DNA of 64,000 nt, from NCBI GenBank assembly GCA_963815115.1, contig CAWFFN010000008.1, positions 416,001 to 480,000 of the forward strand. The letters are read 5' to 3'. The notes below the pieces were generated by a model. That model worked only from the letters and a program-made list of their open reading frames with translations. It had not been told where the DNA came from and did not search any database. Positions 51,281 through 60,130 of the stretch are shown piece by piece; position 1 is the first letter of the stretch, and every line of letters begins with the position of its first letter. The stretch is from an uncultured delta proteobacterium (GTDB lineage Bacteria; Desulfobacterota; Binatia; DP-6). The translations under genes and the position numbers were made by a program.

Positions 51281-51694
51281 CTACTCCAGGCGTCCCGCGG
51301 CTCCCGTTTCGACCGGTAACCCGCTGTCACGCCAGCCCGTCACGGGTGTCCCGGACGGGGCCTGTGCTCCACCGAACCCGCCGCTCACGTTCGCCAGGTG
51401 GGTGTAGCCTGCGTCGGCGAGGAGCTCGCACGCGCGTTGCGAGCGCATGCCGCTCTGACATCCGACGAGCAGCGTGGTCGCCGGCGGGAAGTGACACCGC
51501 ACGACGGCCAGGAAGTCCGGGTTGGGACGCGGCCGTCGCGTGCCAGGGTCGAACAGGAACACCGGCACGTTGCGTGCGCCGGCGGGGTGACCAGCGTCGA
51601 ACTCCTCCGCCGTGCGGACGTCCAGATAGACTGCGGTAGGGTCTGCCGCGAGCTCGCGCGCCGCGTCGGCCGGGAGGACCTGCCGGATCTCCAT
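51281..51694 (-). CDS. Rhodanese-like domain protein
   Basis: YLDVRT.EEF.AGH..GA, CQSGMRS, GG..W. Confidence 0.85.
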   Translation of the reverse strand: MEIRQVLPADAARELAADPTAVYLDVRTAEEFDAGHPAGARNVPVFLFDPGTRRPRPNPDFLAVVRCHFPPATTLLVGCQSGMRSQRACELLADAGYTHLANVSGGFGGAQAPSGTPVTGWRDSGLPVETGAAGRLE

Positions 51695-51823
51695 GCACCG
51701 ACAATCTCCGGGAGCCTCCTGGCTGTCAAACGCATCCGGGCCGACCTCTTGCAAAGATCCACGCATCTAGAGATGACGGCAGCGGATGCCATCCACGGAT
51801 CGGTGGCTTCCGTAAGGGGGGGC

Positions 51824-52744
51824 ATGGACAAGGCGGAGATCAACACCTGGACGCAGCGCTCGCGAGCGCTGGACCTCGATGGACTCGACTGGGATGACGT
51901 CCCGCGAGTGCCGCTCGCCCCCGAGACCGTACGGGTGCTGCGTTACATGCAGGACATCGAGAGCCACACGGTGATCTACGTCCGCGAGCTCCTCGCCACG
52001 CGCGTCATCGACGATCCGGAGGTCGCCACCTTCCTCGCCTGCTGGTTCTACGAGGAGACCTTCCACGGTCGCGCGCTGGCACGGTTCCTCCGCGCCGCCG
52101 GCCATCTCCCCGTCGTGCGACGGCGCTCCCAGGGCACCCTGGCCAGCCGCCTGGAGGAGCGTGCCATGGGTCTGGTGGCCCGGGCATGGCCGGACTTCGC
52201 GGCCGTGCACATGGTCTGGGGCGCCATCAACGAGCTCACCACGCTCACCGGCTACCAGCGTCTGACCGAGCTCGATCCGCATCCCGTGCTCGTCGAGCTC
52301 CTGGCGCGCATCATGCGAGACGAGTCCCGTCACTTCACCTTCTACTATCACCAGGCCGAGCGACGGCTGGCCCGGCCGGGCGTGCAGCGCGTCGCGCGCT
52401 TCCTCGTCGACCGTTTCTGGGACCCGGTCGGCAGCGGGGTGCAGCCCGATGCCGAGGTCCGCTTCCTCGCCGAGCATCTCCTCGGCGGACCCGACGGGCG
52501 CGCGGCCGCTCGCAAGATCGACGACACCATCCGGCGGCTTCCCGGCTTCGCCGGCGTGGCGCTCACCGAGGCCTGGGTCGAGCGAGCCCGCCGCCTTCCG
52601 GCTCAGCCCATGCCGAAGGCGCCCTCGAGCACCAGCGCCCTCCGCGGCCAGGACCACGTGCAGGCGAGCCTGGCGAGGGCGTGCAGCGCCGACGTGGGGA
52701 GCATCTCGACGAGCGTGCCGAGCAGCGCAGGCGGCCGCCCGTAG
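51824..52744 (+). CDS. Ferritin-like diiron protein (acyl-ACP desaturase-like)
   Basis: E..EETFH..E..DESRH diiron motifs; AAGGGG SD; 3' end runs into the convergent gene. Confidence 0.75.
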   Translation: MDKAEINTWTQRSRALDLDGLDWDDVPRVPLAPETVRVLRYMQDIESHTVIYVRELLATRVIDDPEVATFLACWFYEETFHGRALARFLRAAGHLPVVRRRSQGTLASRLEERAMGLVARAWPDFAAVHMVWGAINELTTLTGYQRLTELDPHPVLVELLARIMRDESRHFTFYYHQAERRLARPGVQRVARFLVDRFWDPVGSGVQPDAEVRFLAEHLLGGPDGRAAARKIDDTIRRLPGFAGVALTEAWVERARRLPAQPMPKAPSSTSALRGQDHVQASLARACSADVGSISTSVPSSAGGRP

Positions 52745-53691
52745 GCTGCGGCCAGGCGCTCCGTGTAGGCGGCGGGCGTGCCCGCCAGGATCGCATCCGC
52801 GGCGAGACGGCCGCTGCGCACGGCCGGGCCGATGCCCTCGCCGGAGATGTCGCGCGCCAGGCCCGCCCCATCACCGACGAGCACGAAACGCTCCCCGGCG
52901 ACGCGCCGGGGCCGCTGGCGGCGCACGGTGTAGGCATGCCCGCGAAACGGCGTCAGCTCGAGACCGGCGGGCAGGCGGCCGCTCGCCCGCAGCGCTTCCA
53001 GCATGCGATCACGCCGCCGTCCGATCGGCATGCCACCCATCGCACCGATGCCGATGTTCAGGAAGTCGCCCTTGGTGAAATACCAGCCGTAGCCGTGGAA
53101 ATCCGGCTCGGGGAGCAGCTCGGGAGTGCCATAGCGAGGCGTGAGGCAGCGCAGCCGCTCGGCCCCGACGCGCGTCTCGCTCTCCTGCGTGACGACCACG
53201 CCTTCCTCGGGATCGATGTCGCCGAAGGCACGCGCCACGGGGCACTGGTGGCCGCCTGCTCCCACCACGATCGGAGCGGTAACGGAGGCGTCGCCGGTCT
53301 CGACCGTCACGCCGTCGGCTCCGAGAGTCGCGCGCCGCACGCGCGCGCCCTGGCGCACCGTCGCGCCCGCCGCCGCGGCGCGTCGCAAGAGGACGGTGTC
53401 GAACTCGGAGCGCACGATGCCGTAGCTGGCGGTGTGGTCGAAGCAGGTCCGGTGCTCGCGGCCGGCCACCGTCAGCGACACCGCGTCGAAGGGCTGGATG
53501 GTCTCCGGGTATGCGGCGGGGTCGATCTCCAGATCGGCCAGCGCTGCCGACGTGACCCAGCCGGCGCAGAGCTTCACGCGCGGGAAGACGGCCGCGTCGA
53601 GGAGCAGGACGCGGCTGCCGGCACGAGCGAGTCGCCAGGCGACGGTGCTGCCGCCGGGGCCGCCCCCCACCACAACGGCATCGAACCTCAC
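52603..53691 (-). CDS. FAD-dependent oxidoreductase, geranylgeranyl reductase family
   Basis: VVGGGPGGS, FPRVKLCAG, R.EFD, GYGWYF.K, VGDGAG..GEGI. Confidence 0.85.
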   Translation of the reverse strand: MRFDAVVVGGGPGGSTVAWRLARAGSRVLLLDAAVFPRVKLCAGWVTSAALADLEIDPAAYPETIQPFDAVSLTVAGREHRTCFDHTASYGIVRSEFDTVLLRRAAAAGATVRQGARVRRATLGADGVTVETGDASVTAPIVVGAGGHQCPVARAFGDIDPEEGVVVTQESETRVGAERLRCLTPRYGTPELLPEPDFHGYGWYFTKGDFLNIGIGAMGGMPIGRRRDRMLEALRASGRLPAGLELTPFRGHAYTVRRQRPRRVAGERFVLVGDGAGLARDISGEGIGPAVRSGRLAADAILAGTPAAYTERLAAAYGRPPALLGTLVEMLPTSALHALARLACTWSWPRRALVLEGAFGMG

Positions 53692-53777
53692 GCCATCGTC
53701 TTTAGCCCATCTCGCGCCGGTGGCGAAGTCTCGTTTACGGGTCGACGCGACCCGCAGATCGATGCTAGCGCAGCGGC

Positions 53778-54155
53778 ATGGAGCATTCGCCTGGCTTCCT
53801 CCGCCTCGTCGAGGCCGCGCGGCGCCGTATCCGCGAGGTGAGCATCGGTGACGTGCGGGCGATGCAGGAAGCTGGCGAGCCGTTCCATCTCGTGGACGTC
53901 CGCGAGCAGGACGAATGGCAACGCGGCCGGCTGCCCGGCGCCCGCCACCTCGGCAAGGGCGTCATCGAACGCGACGTCGAGGCGGCGATCCCGGCCCGCG
54001 ACGCGCCGATCGTGCTCTACTGCGGCGGGGGCTACCGCTCCGCCCTCGCCGCCGACGCGCTCCAGCAGATGGGGTACACCCGGGTGGTGTCGATGTGGGG
54101 CGGCTGGCGTGCGTGGACCGAGGCGGGACTGCCGGTGAGCCGCGACGCCACCTAG
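53778..54155 (+). CDS. Rhodanese / sulfurtransferase
   Basis: VDVRE..EW..LPGA.HLGKGVIERD, YCGGGYRSAL. Confidence 0.88.
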   Translation: MEHSPGFLRLVEAARRRIREVSIGDVRAMQEAGEPFHLVDVREQDEWQRGRLPGARHLGKGVIERDVEAAIPARDAPIVLYCGGGYRSALAADALQQMGYTRVVSMWGGWRAWTEAGLPVSRDAT

Positions 54156-54706
54156 GGATGGTTCTGCGCGCCGCGGCTGCGCAGGTCGATCTCCTTGCCG
54201 CTCTTCTCCGCCTGCTCGATCTCGTCCAGCGTGATCACGTCGTCGCCGGTTCCCATCAGGTCGCCGACCGTGACGCCGCGCTGGTCCGGCCGCTTCTGGA
54301 TCGCGAAGAACTGGATGTAGCGCGCGAGCTGCCCGCCGACCTCCTCGGGCGAACGTCGCGGTCTTCCATCGGGACGCTCCTGGAGCATGTCACGCTGATA
54401 GGCGGTGTAGATGTAGGCGGCCCAGTTGAGCGACACCTCCCCGGTCGCGACGCGCGACGACAGCTGCGTCACCAGGTCGAACAGCTCGGGCACGAGGACG
54501 TCGTCGGGCGGCGGCATGAGGAGGTAGCGATTGAGCTGCGTCAAGATGGTCCGCCGCTCGGCGACGGTTCCGCTGGCGCCCTCGCTGCGTGCGATGCGCC
54601 CGAGATACCACTGCGCGCCGGTGCCGATGAGCTGGCTTTGCCAGTGCCATGCCGCCACCCCGCCCACGACGAGGACCAGCAGCAGGGCCAGGAGATAGCG
54701 CTTCAT
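54152..54706 (-). CDS. Hypothetical protein with N-terminal membrane anchor or signal
   Basis: MKRYLLALLLV..; codon usage matches the host. Confidence 0.65.
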   Translation of the reverse strand: MKRYLLALLLVLVVGGVAAWHWQSQLIGTGAQWYLGRIARSEGASGTVAERRTILTQLNRYLLMPPPDDVLVPELFDLVTQLSSRVATGEVSLNWAAYIYTAYQRDMLQERPDGRPRRSPEEVGGQLARYIQFFAIQKRPDQRGVTVGDLMGTGDDVITLDEIEQAEKSGKEIDLRSRGAQNHP

Positions 54707-54803
54707 GGCGTATCGACTTCGTCCGGCTCAGCCGCCGCTGTCAAGCGCGCAACGCCCTCCGGCGCTTTCGGCCGCGTGAAACACCCTGCTACAGTCCCGA
54801 GCG

Positions 54804-55556
54804 ATGCGGGAAACGCTCGCGGGACGACACGCGCTGGTGACCGGCGGCGGGTCGGGCATCGGACGCGCCGTCGCGCATCGTCTCGGACGCGATGGCGCGG
54901 CGGTGACGGTGCTCGACGTCGACCCGGCGGCGGCGCTGGCGGTCGCCGACGCGCTGCGCACGGACGGGGCACGTGCACGGGCGGTCGCCGCCGACGTCGC
55001 GGACGGCGGCGCCGTCCATGACGCCGTCGCGGAAGCCCGCGCCGAGCTCGGGGCGTTCCACGTGCTGGTGTGCAGCGCGGGCATCGCCGGCTTTGCCCCG
55101 CTGCTCGAGATGACGGCGGCGCAGTGGGATCGCATGCTCGCCGTCCACCTGACCGGAACCTTCGTGGTGACGCAGGCGGTCCTGCCGGACATGATCGCCG
55201 CGCGCTGGGGCCGCGTGGTCACGCTCTCCTCGGTCGGCGGCCTCCGGGGCGGCCCGAATCTCGCCCACTATGCCGCCGCCAAGGCCGGCGTCATCGGCTT
55301 CACCAAGGCCCTCGCGCTCGAGGTGGGGTGCCACGGCATCACGGCGAACGCGATCGCACCGGGTCTGGTCGACACGCCGATGCTGCGCGGCTCGGGCATC
55401 CCTCCTGCCGTGCTCGCGCAGTCGCTCGGCCAGGTGCCGATCGGCCGGCTGGGTACCCCGGACGACGTCGCCGCGGTGTGCGCGTTCCTGGTCTCGGAGG
55501 AGGCGGGCTTCGTCACCGGGCAGGTCGTGAGTCCGAACGGCGGCGGCTGGCTCTGA
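54804..55556 (+). CDS. SDR family oxidoreductase (FabG-like)
   Basis: TGGGSGIG, YAAAK, PG..DT, PIGR.G.P. Confidence 0.9.
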   Translation: MRETLAGRHALVTGGGSGIGRAVAHRLGRDGAAVTVLDVDPAAALAVADALRTDGARARAVAADVADGGAVHDAVAEARAELGAFHVLVCSAGIAGFAPLLEMTAAQWDRMLAVHLTGTFVVTQAVLPDMIAARWGRVVTLSSVGGLRGGPNLAHYAAAKAGVIGFTKALALEVGCHGITANAIAPGLVDTPMLRGSGIPPAVLAQSLGQVPIGRLGTPDDVAAVCAFLVSEEAGFVTGQVVSPNGGGWL

Positions 55557-55562
55557 GGCCGG

Positions 55563-56354
55563 TCACACGCCGCGAAACCGTGGCCGGCGCTTCTCCAGGA
55601 AGGCGCGGACGCCTTCCGCATAGTCCGCGCTCGCGAAGCAGGCGGCGATGAGTCGCGCCACCTCGGCCCGCTCGCCGCCGGCAGGCGGCCGCAGCGTCTC
55701 GAGGATGGCCCGCTTCGCGGCTCGCAGCGTGAGCGGCGCGTTGGCCGCGATGTCCGCCACGTAGCGCTCCGTGAAGACCTGGAGCTCCGGCTTCGGTACG
55801 ACGCGGTTCACGAGTCCGATGCGGAGGGCGTCCTCGGCGTCGAGGTGGCGGGCGGTGAAGAACAGCTCCGCGGTGGCCGAGGGTCCCACGAGCCCGACCA
55901 GCCGCTCGACGCCGCTCTGGTGGTATCCCAGGCCGAGGCGCGCGGCCGGCACTGCCAGGCGCGCATCGCCGGCCGCCACGCGCAGGTCCGCGCAGGCGGC
56001 GATCGCGAGCCCCCCACCTATGCAGACGCCATGGATCATCGCCACGACCGGCTTCTCGAGTGCCAGCAGGGCCGTGAACGCCTCCGCCGTGACTCCCTCG
56101 TACGCAGCAGCGGAAATGGCATCCCGGCGATGCGTGCTGAACTCCGAGATGTCCGCGCCCGAGGCGAACGCCTCCTCGCCGGCCCCCCGCAGGACGATGA
56201 CTCGCACCGCGGGATCGGCCTCGAGCTCCCGGACGATTCCCGGCAGCGCCTGCCACATCTCTAGCCTGACGGCATTCAGGCGCGACTGATTCCGGAGAAT
56301 CACCCAACCGCCGCCGACTGCATCGCGCTCGACGTCAATGCCGAAGTCACTCAT
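55563..56354 (-). CDS. Enoyl-CoA hydratase/isomerase family protein
   Basis: AFASGADI, KPVVAMI.G..GGG, DY.EGVRAFLEKR.P.F. Confidence 0.9.
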   Translation of the reverse strand: MSDFGIDVERDAVGGGWVILRNQSRLNAVRLEMWQALPGIVRELEADPAVRVIVLRGAGEEAFASGADISEFSTHRRDAISAAAYEGVTAEAFTALLALEKPVVAMIHGVCIGGGLAIAACADLRVAAGDARLAVPAARLGLGYHQSGVERLVGLVGPSATAELFFTARHLDAEDALRIGLVNRVVPKPELQVFTERYVADIAANAPLTLRAAKRAILETLRPPAGGERAEVARLIAACFASADYAEGVRAFLEKRRPRFRGV

Positions 56355-56429
56355 AGCCGCCCCGCTAGGTAGACGTACCTGGCAGATTTCCCTTGACGTA
56401 TAGCACCGTCCCTTCTTATGACATCATTC

Positions 56430-57686
56430 ATGCGTACTCGGATGGCCCTGTCATTCGCCGCCGTTCTGATCGCCAGCTCCCCTGCCCTCGCCCACCACAT
56501 CAGCGGTACCGTGTACTGCGATCAGGACCTGGACGGGAAGATCGACGCGGGCGACACGCCGGTCTCCGGGATCGACGTCCACATCACGTCGCAGGTCGCC
56601 CAGCCGGGCCAGCTCTTCACGCAGACGACGGACGGCAGCGGGAGCTACAACATCTCGCTCCCGGCGCGTACCGACACCTATACCGTCGAGCTCGTGGGGA
56701 TCGGCAGCTTCACCATCGTGGTTCCCGCCGCCGGATCCTACTCCGTCCACATCATCACCGGGGACTCGCAGAAGGATCACAAGGACGGCGTGGACTTCCT
56801 GCTCCAGGGGTGCGGGCATCACACCACCACCACCAGTACCACGAGCACGACCAAGAAGAGCACGACGACCACGTCGACCACGGCGAAGTCCACGACCTCG
56901 ACCACCTCGACGACGTCGACGACCACCACCACGACGCCTCCGACCACCGCGCCGGTGTGCCAGTGCCCGGCGCTTCCGTTCCTGGCGGCGCGGGAGGGAA
57001 AGATCAACAACGATGCCAGCGTCAACGCGAGCGTCGGCGTGAACGACGCGGGCGGCAAGCTCCGCCTCGGCAAGGACGTCATCCTGGCAGACGGGACGGT
57101 GATCGCCGCGGACACCGTCCAGATCGGCAACGCGTCGAGCGTCTTCTCGGTGCTGGCGAACACCCTCAACAAGGGATCCGGTGTGGTCGTTCGTGGAACG
57201 ACGGGCACCCCGGCGCTGCCGCTGGTCCAGCCGTTCTGCTCGCTGCCGCCCATCACGTGCGGAACCAGCACCGTCCAGGTGCAGGCGGGTGCCAGCGCCG
57301 GACCGCTGCCACCCGGAACCTACGGCAAGCTCCGGATCCTGAACGGCGGCAACCTGACGCTGGCGCCGGGGACCTTCACCTTCTGTGACGTGAAGCTCGG
57401 CCGCAGCGCGTCGCTCATCACGCTCGGCCCGGCCGTCCTCAACGTCGCGGGCGACGTCGTGATCGGCACGGCGTCGCACTTCGGGCCGGATGCCGGGACG
57501 GCGCCCGTCAGTGTGAACGTCGCCGGCAAGCTCGTTCGCGTGAGCCAGTCGGCGTTCGCCAACGCGGCCTTCGTCGCTCCCAACGCGCGCATCACATTCG
57601 GCCGCGACTCGCATCTGCTGGGCTGCTTCTGCACCGATCGCGAGAAGAGCGACAAGCACATCACGCTGGACTGCCCGTCGCCGTAG
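56430..57686 (+). CDS. Secreted protein: SdrD-B-like domain + Thr linker + beta-solenoid-like domain
   Basis: Signal peptide; ISGTVYCD.D.DG..D.GD.PVSG..TTDGSG.Y; LPPGTYG..L.L.PG.F; alternative start 56418. Confidence 0.72.
   Translation: MRTRMALSFAAVLIASSPALAHHISGTVYCDQDLDGKIDAGDTPVSGIDVHITSQVAQPGQLFTQTTDGSGSYNISLPARTDTYTVELVGIGSFTIVVPAAGSYSVHIITGDSQKDHKDGVDFLLQGCGHHTTTTSTTSTTKKSTTTTSTTAKSTTSTTSTTSTTTTTTPPTTAPVCQCPALPFLAAREGKINNDASVNASVGVNDAGGKLRLGKDVILADGTVIAADTVQIGNASSVFSVLANTLNKGSGVVVRGTTGTPALPLVQPFCSLPPITCGTSTVQVQAGASAGPLPPGTYGKLRILNGGNLTLAPGTFTFCDVKLGRSASLITLGPAVLNVAGDVVIGTASHFGPDAGTAPVSVNVAGKLVRVSQSAFANAAFVAPNARITFGRDSHLLGCFCTDREKSDKHITLDCPSP
56823..56948 (+). repeat. Thr/Ser-rich low-complexity linker
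   Basis: TTTTSTTSTTKKSTTTTSTTAKSTTSTTSTTSTTTTTTPPTT. Confidence 0.85.
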
Positions 57687-57823
57687 CGGACCACGGCCTG
57701 CGCAGCGCCCTCCCTTCCGGGCCGCGGGTCCCGCGACGGTGCGGGATCATTGCAGGCGTGCATGCCTGGCACGGCTCTGTCTCGCCGTCTCCAGCGGCAC
57801 GAGCTTCGCAAGTGCCGGACCGG

Positions 57824-58990
57824 ATGACCTCTGCCTGCCGCCTCCTCCTCTTTCTCCTCGCGTTCGCAGCCGCGGCGCCGGCGGGCGCCCACCACCGCCA
57901 GACAGACCCCGTCTTGTGGTTCATGACGCCTGGCGACACGTCGCTCCCGCGCGCGAGCGCGCAGGGGACCAAGACGTTCACACTGGCCGTGCAGTCCGGG
58001 ACCGGCCAGCAGGTCATCACCATCAGCCCGTTTCGCGATCCGAATCTGCATGTCCCGGTAGGCCAGGCCGGAAACAACGTCGACCCTGCCATCTCCTTCA
58101 ATGGCAAGCGCGTCGCCTTCGCCACGAGCGACGACCCGCTCCACCTCGGCCTGCCCGGCCGGCAGCTCGTGCTCGCCGCCTCCAACACGCTCATCCCGCT
58201 CTCCCAGGATCCGAGCGGTACCTCGACCAACCCGGTGGTCGACACCGCCGGCCTCCGCATCGCGTTCGAATCCGCGGGCGACCTGGCCGGCACCGGCCAC
58301 CCCGGCATCCTCCAGGTCTACGTGCGGCAGCCGGACGGGTCGGTCACGCAGGCGAGCTCGGGACTCGGGACCAGCCGCAATGCCGTCCTGAGCCCGAAGA
58401 AGCACCGTCTCGCATTCGAGTCGGCGAGCGATCCGACGTCAGGCGCGGACACCGGGATCTCGCAGATCTGGCTCGGCGACCTGATCGACGCCTCGGCGAC
58501 GCGTCTCACCACCGGGCTCGGGTCGAGCCGCAACCCGGCTCTCAGCGACGACGGCGGCCTGCTGGTCTTCGAGAGCACGGCCGACCTCGCCGGCAGCGGA
58601 GCGGATACGGGCGTCAGCCAGATCTTCAGCTACGATCCGAAGAGCCTGACCTTCGCGCAGATCACGAGCGATGCCGGGGGCTGCGCGCTCCCGGGGGTCA
58701 GCAAGGTGAAGCGCGACTGGCGAATCACCTTCGTCTGCAACGGCGAGCCCTACTACTACATGCTGCGTGCCGACCAGCGGTTCCACGTGCAGACCGGCGG
58801 CGGCGTCACGCAGCGGATCCTGGGTGAGATGGGCATCCACTTCCTCATCCTGAGCACGACCGGCAATCTGCTGGCGGGCGGCACCACCCCGGGCAAGCAA
58901 GTCTACATGGTGAACCTGTTCAAGCGTCCCGCCGATCCCGTACCCGGTGTCGCGCACTGGTTCCCCGTGCGGGGCATCCCGCCCCTCTGA
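57824..58990 (+). CDS. Secreted TolB/WD40-like beta-propeller protein
   Basis: Signal peptide; repeated S.NP..s..G..l.FES..D units. Confidence 0.72.
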   Translation: MTSACRLLLFLLAFAAAAPAGAHHRQTDPVLWFMTPGDTSLPRASAQGTKTFTLAVQSGTGQQVITISPFRDPNLHVPVGQAGNNVDPAISFNGKRVAFATSDDPLHLGLPGRQLVLAASNTLIPLSQDPSGTSTNPVVDTAGLRIAFESAGDLAGTGHPGILQVYVRQPDGSVTQASSGLGTSRNAVLSPKKHRLAFESASDPTSGADTGISQIWLGDLIDASATRLTTGLGSSRNPALSDDGGLLVFESTADLAGSGADTGVSQIFSYDPKSLTFAQITSDAGGCALPGVSKVKRDWRITFVCNGEPYYYMLRADQRFHVQTGGGVTQRILGEMGIHFLILSTTGNLLAGGTTPGKQVYMVNLFKRPADPVPGVAHWFPVRGIPPL

Positions 58991-59141
58991 CCGGGGCGCA
59001 GAGCCGTACCTCACGCGCCGCAGGCCCCTCGAGAAGCGCTCGCGCCGTCGCCTCGGGCTCGGCGACGTAGCGTCGAGCCCGGATCTGGGCGCGGAGACGC
59101 CGGAGCCGCGCGCGCCGTGGGTACCCGTCCGTCAGATCCAT
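58920..59141 (-). CDS. Minimal FlgM-like anti-sigma-28 factor
   Basis: RRARLRRLRAQIRARRYVAEPEATARALLE resembles the FlgM C-terminal motif (l..l+..I..g.Y.vd...iA..ll); GAGGG SD; directly downstream of the sigma-28 domain. Confidence 0.55.
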   Translation of the reverse strand: MDLTDGYPRRARLRRLRAQIRARRYVAEPEATARALLEGPAAREVRLCAPVRGAGCPARGTSARHRVRDRRDA

Positions 59142-59958
59142 GCACCCTCGTAGGAGCCATCGGCAGTCCGCCGGGCAACCTTGAATGGGTTCTCGCGGGG
59201 CCGGCCTGGGCGCCGAGATGGCCCCGCAGGCGAAGCAGCGCCTGGGTATGGAGCTGCGACACTCGCGACTCCGTCAGCCCGAGCACCGTTCCGATCTCCC
59301 GCATCGTCAGCTCGTCCCGGTAGTAGAGCGACAGCAGGTACTGCTCGCGTTCGGGAAGCTGGCGGATGGCCTCGGTGACGAGGCGAAGGCGCTCCCGGTA
59401 CAGGAGGCTTCGGAGCGGGTCGGCATGGGAGTGATCCGGCGGGAGATCGAGCTCGCCGTTTCCGAATCCGAGATCGTCCAGGTTGAACATCGTGACCGGG
59501 GCAGTCTGCGTCAGCAGGGAGCGATAGGCCGCGAGCGAGAGCCCGAGCTCGGACGCCAGCTCGTCCTCACGCGCGGGACGGCCGAGGACGACCTCGAGGG
59601 CGCGGGCCGCACGTTCGACGGCGGCCGTCTTCTCGCGCACGCTGCGAGGAACCCAGTCGATCTCGCGCAGCTGGTCGAGGATGGCTCCCCGGATGCGGAA
59701 CCGAGCGTACGTCGAGAACAGGGCTTCGCGCCCCTGCTCGTACTTCGCGAGCGCGTCGATGAGCCCGAGCGTCCCCCAGGAGACGAGGTCGTCGAGATCG
59801 GCCGGTGCCGCTACGCGATTCAGCAGCCGGCGCGCGACCCGGCGCACGAGCGGCAGGTAGCGCCGCAGCGTCGCCTCCGGTCCGCGCTCCGAATGAGGGC
59901 GCAGTCCGCCACCCGACGGCTGTCGGCCGACGGGCGCGATGGATACGCGCTCCTGCAT
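59011..59958 (-). CDS. fliA: FliA/WhiG family RNA polymerase sigma factor
   Basis: DDLVS.G..GLIDA, F.TYA..RIRGAILD.LR..DWVPRSVR, LSLYY..ELTMREIG.VLGLTESRVSQLH; sigma domain ends near 59210 and the ORF continues about 65 aa. Confidence 0.88.
   Translation of the reverse strand: MQERVSIAPVGRQPSGGGLRPHSERGPEATLRRYLPLVRRVARRLLNRVAAPADLDDLVSWGTLGLIDALAKYEQGREALFSTYARFRIRGAILDQLREIDWVPRSVREKTAAVERAARALEVVLGRPAREDELASELGLSLAAYRSLLTQTAPVTMFNLDDLGFGNGELDLPPDHSHADPLRSLLYRERLRLVTEAIRQLPEREQYLLSLYYRDELTMREIGTVLGLTESRVSQLHTQALLRLRGHLGAQAGPARTHSRLPGGLPMAPTRVHGSDGRVPTARAAPASPRPDPGSTLRRRARGDGASASRGACGA
59157..59184 (-). promoter_or_regulatory. Putative sigma-28 promoter for the FlgM-like ORF
   Basis: Minus strand TCAA-N16-GCCGATGG versus consensus TAAA-N15/16-GCCGATAA; 15 nt upstream of ATG 59141. 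Confidence 0.5.
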
Positions 59959-60130
59959 GCCGTCTTCCCTCCCCGCGAAGGCCGTTCGGAAAACCGTACC
60001 CGATCCGGCCCCGGGGAGGCGATAAAAATCGCGCATCCAGGCACGGATCATTCGCCCGCGAATGCCGCGCCTGTCGCGATCTCCCGGATCGACTTGGCAA
60101 CCAGATCGACACCTGCCAGGAGGGGGACAC

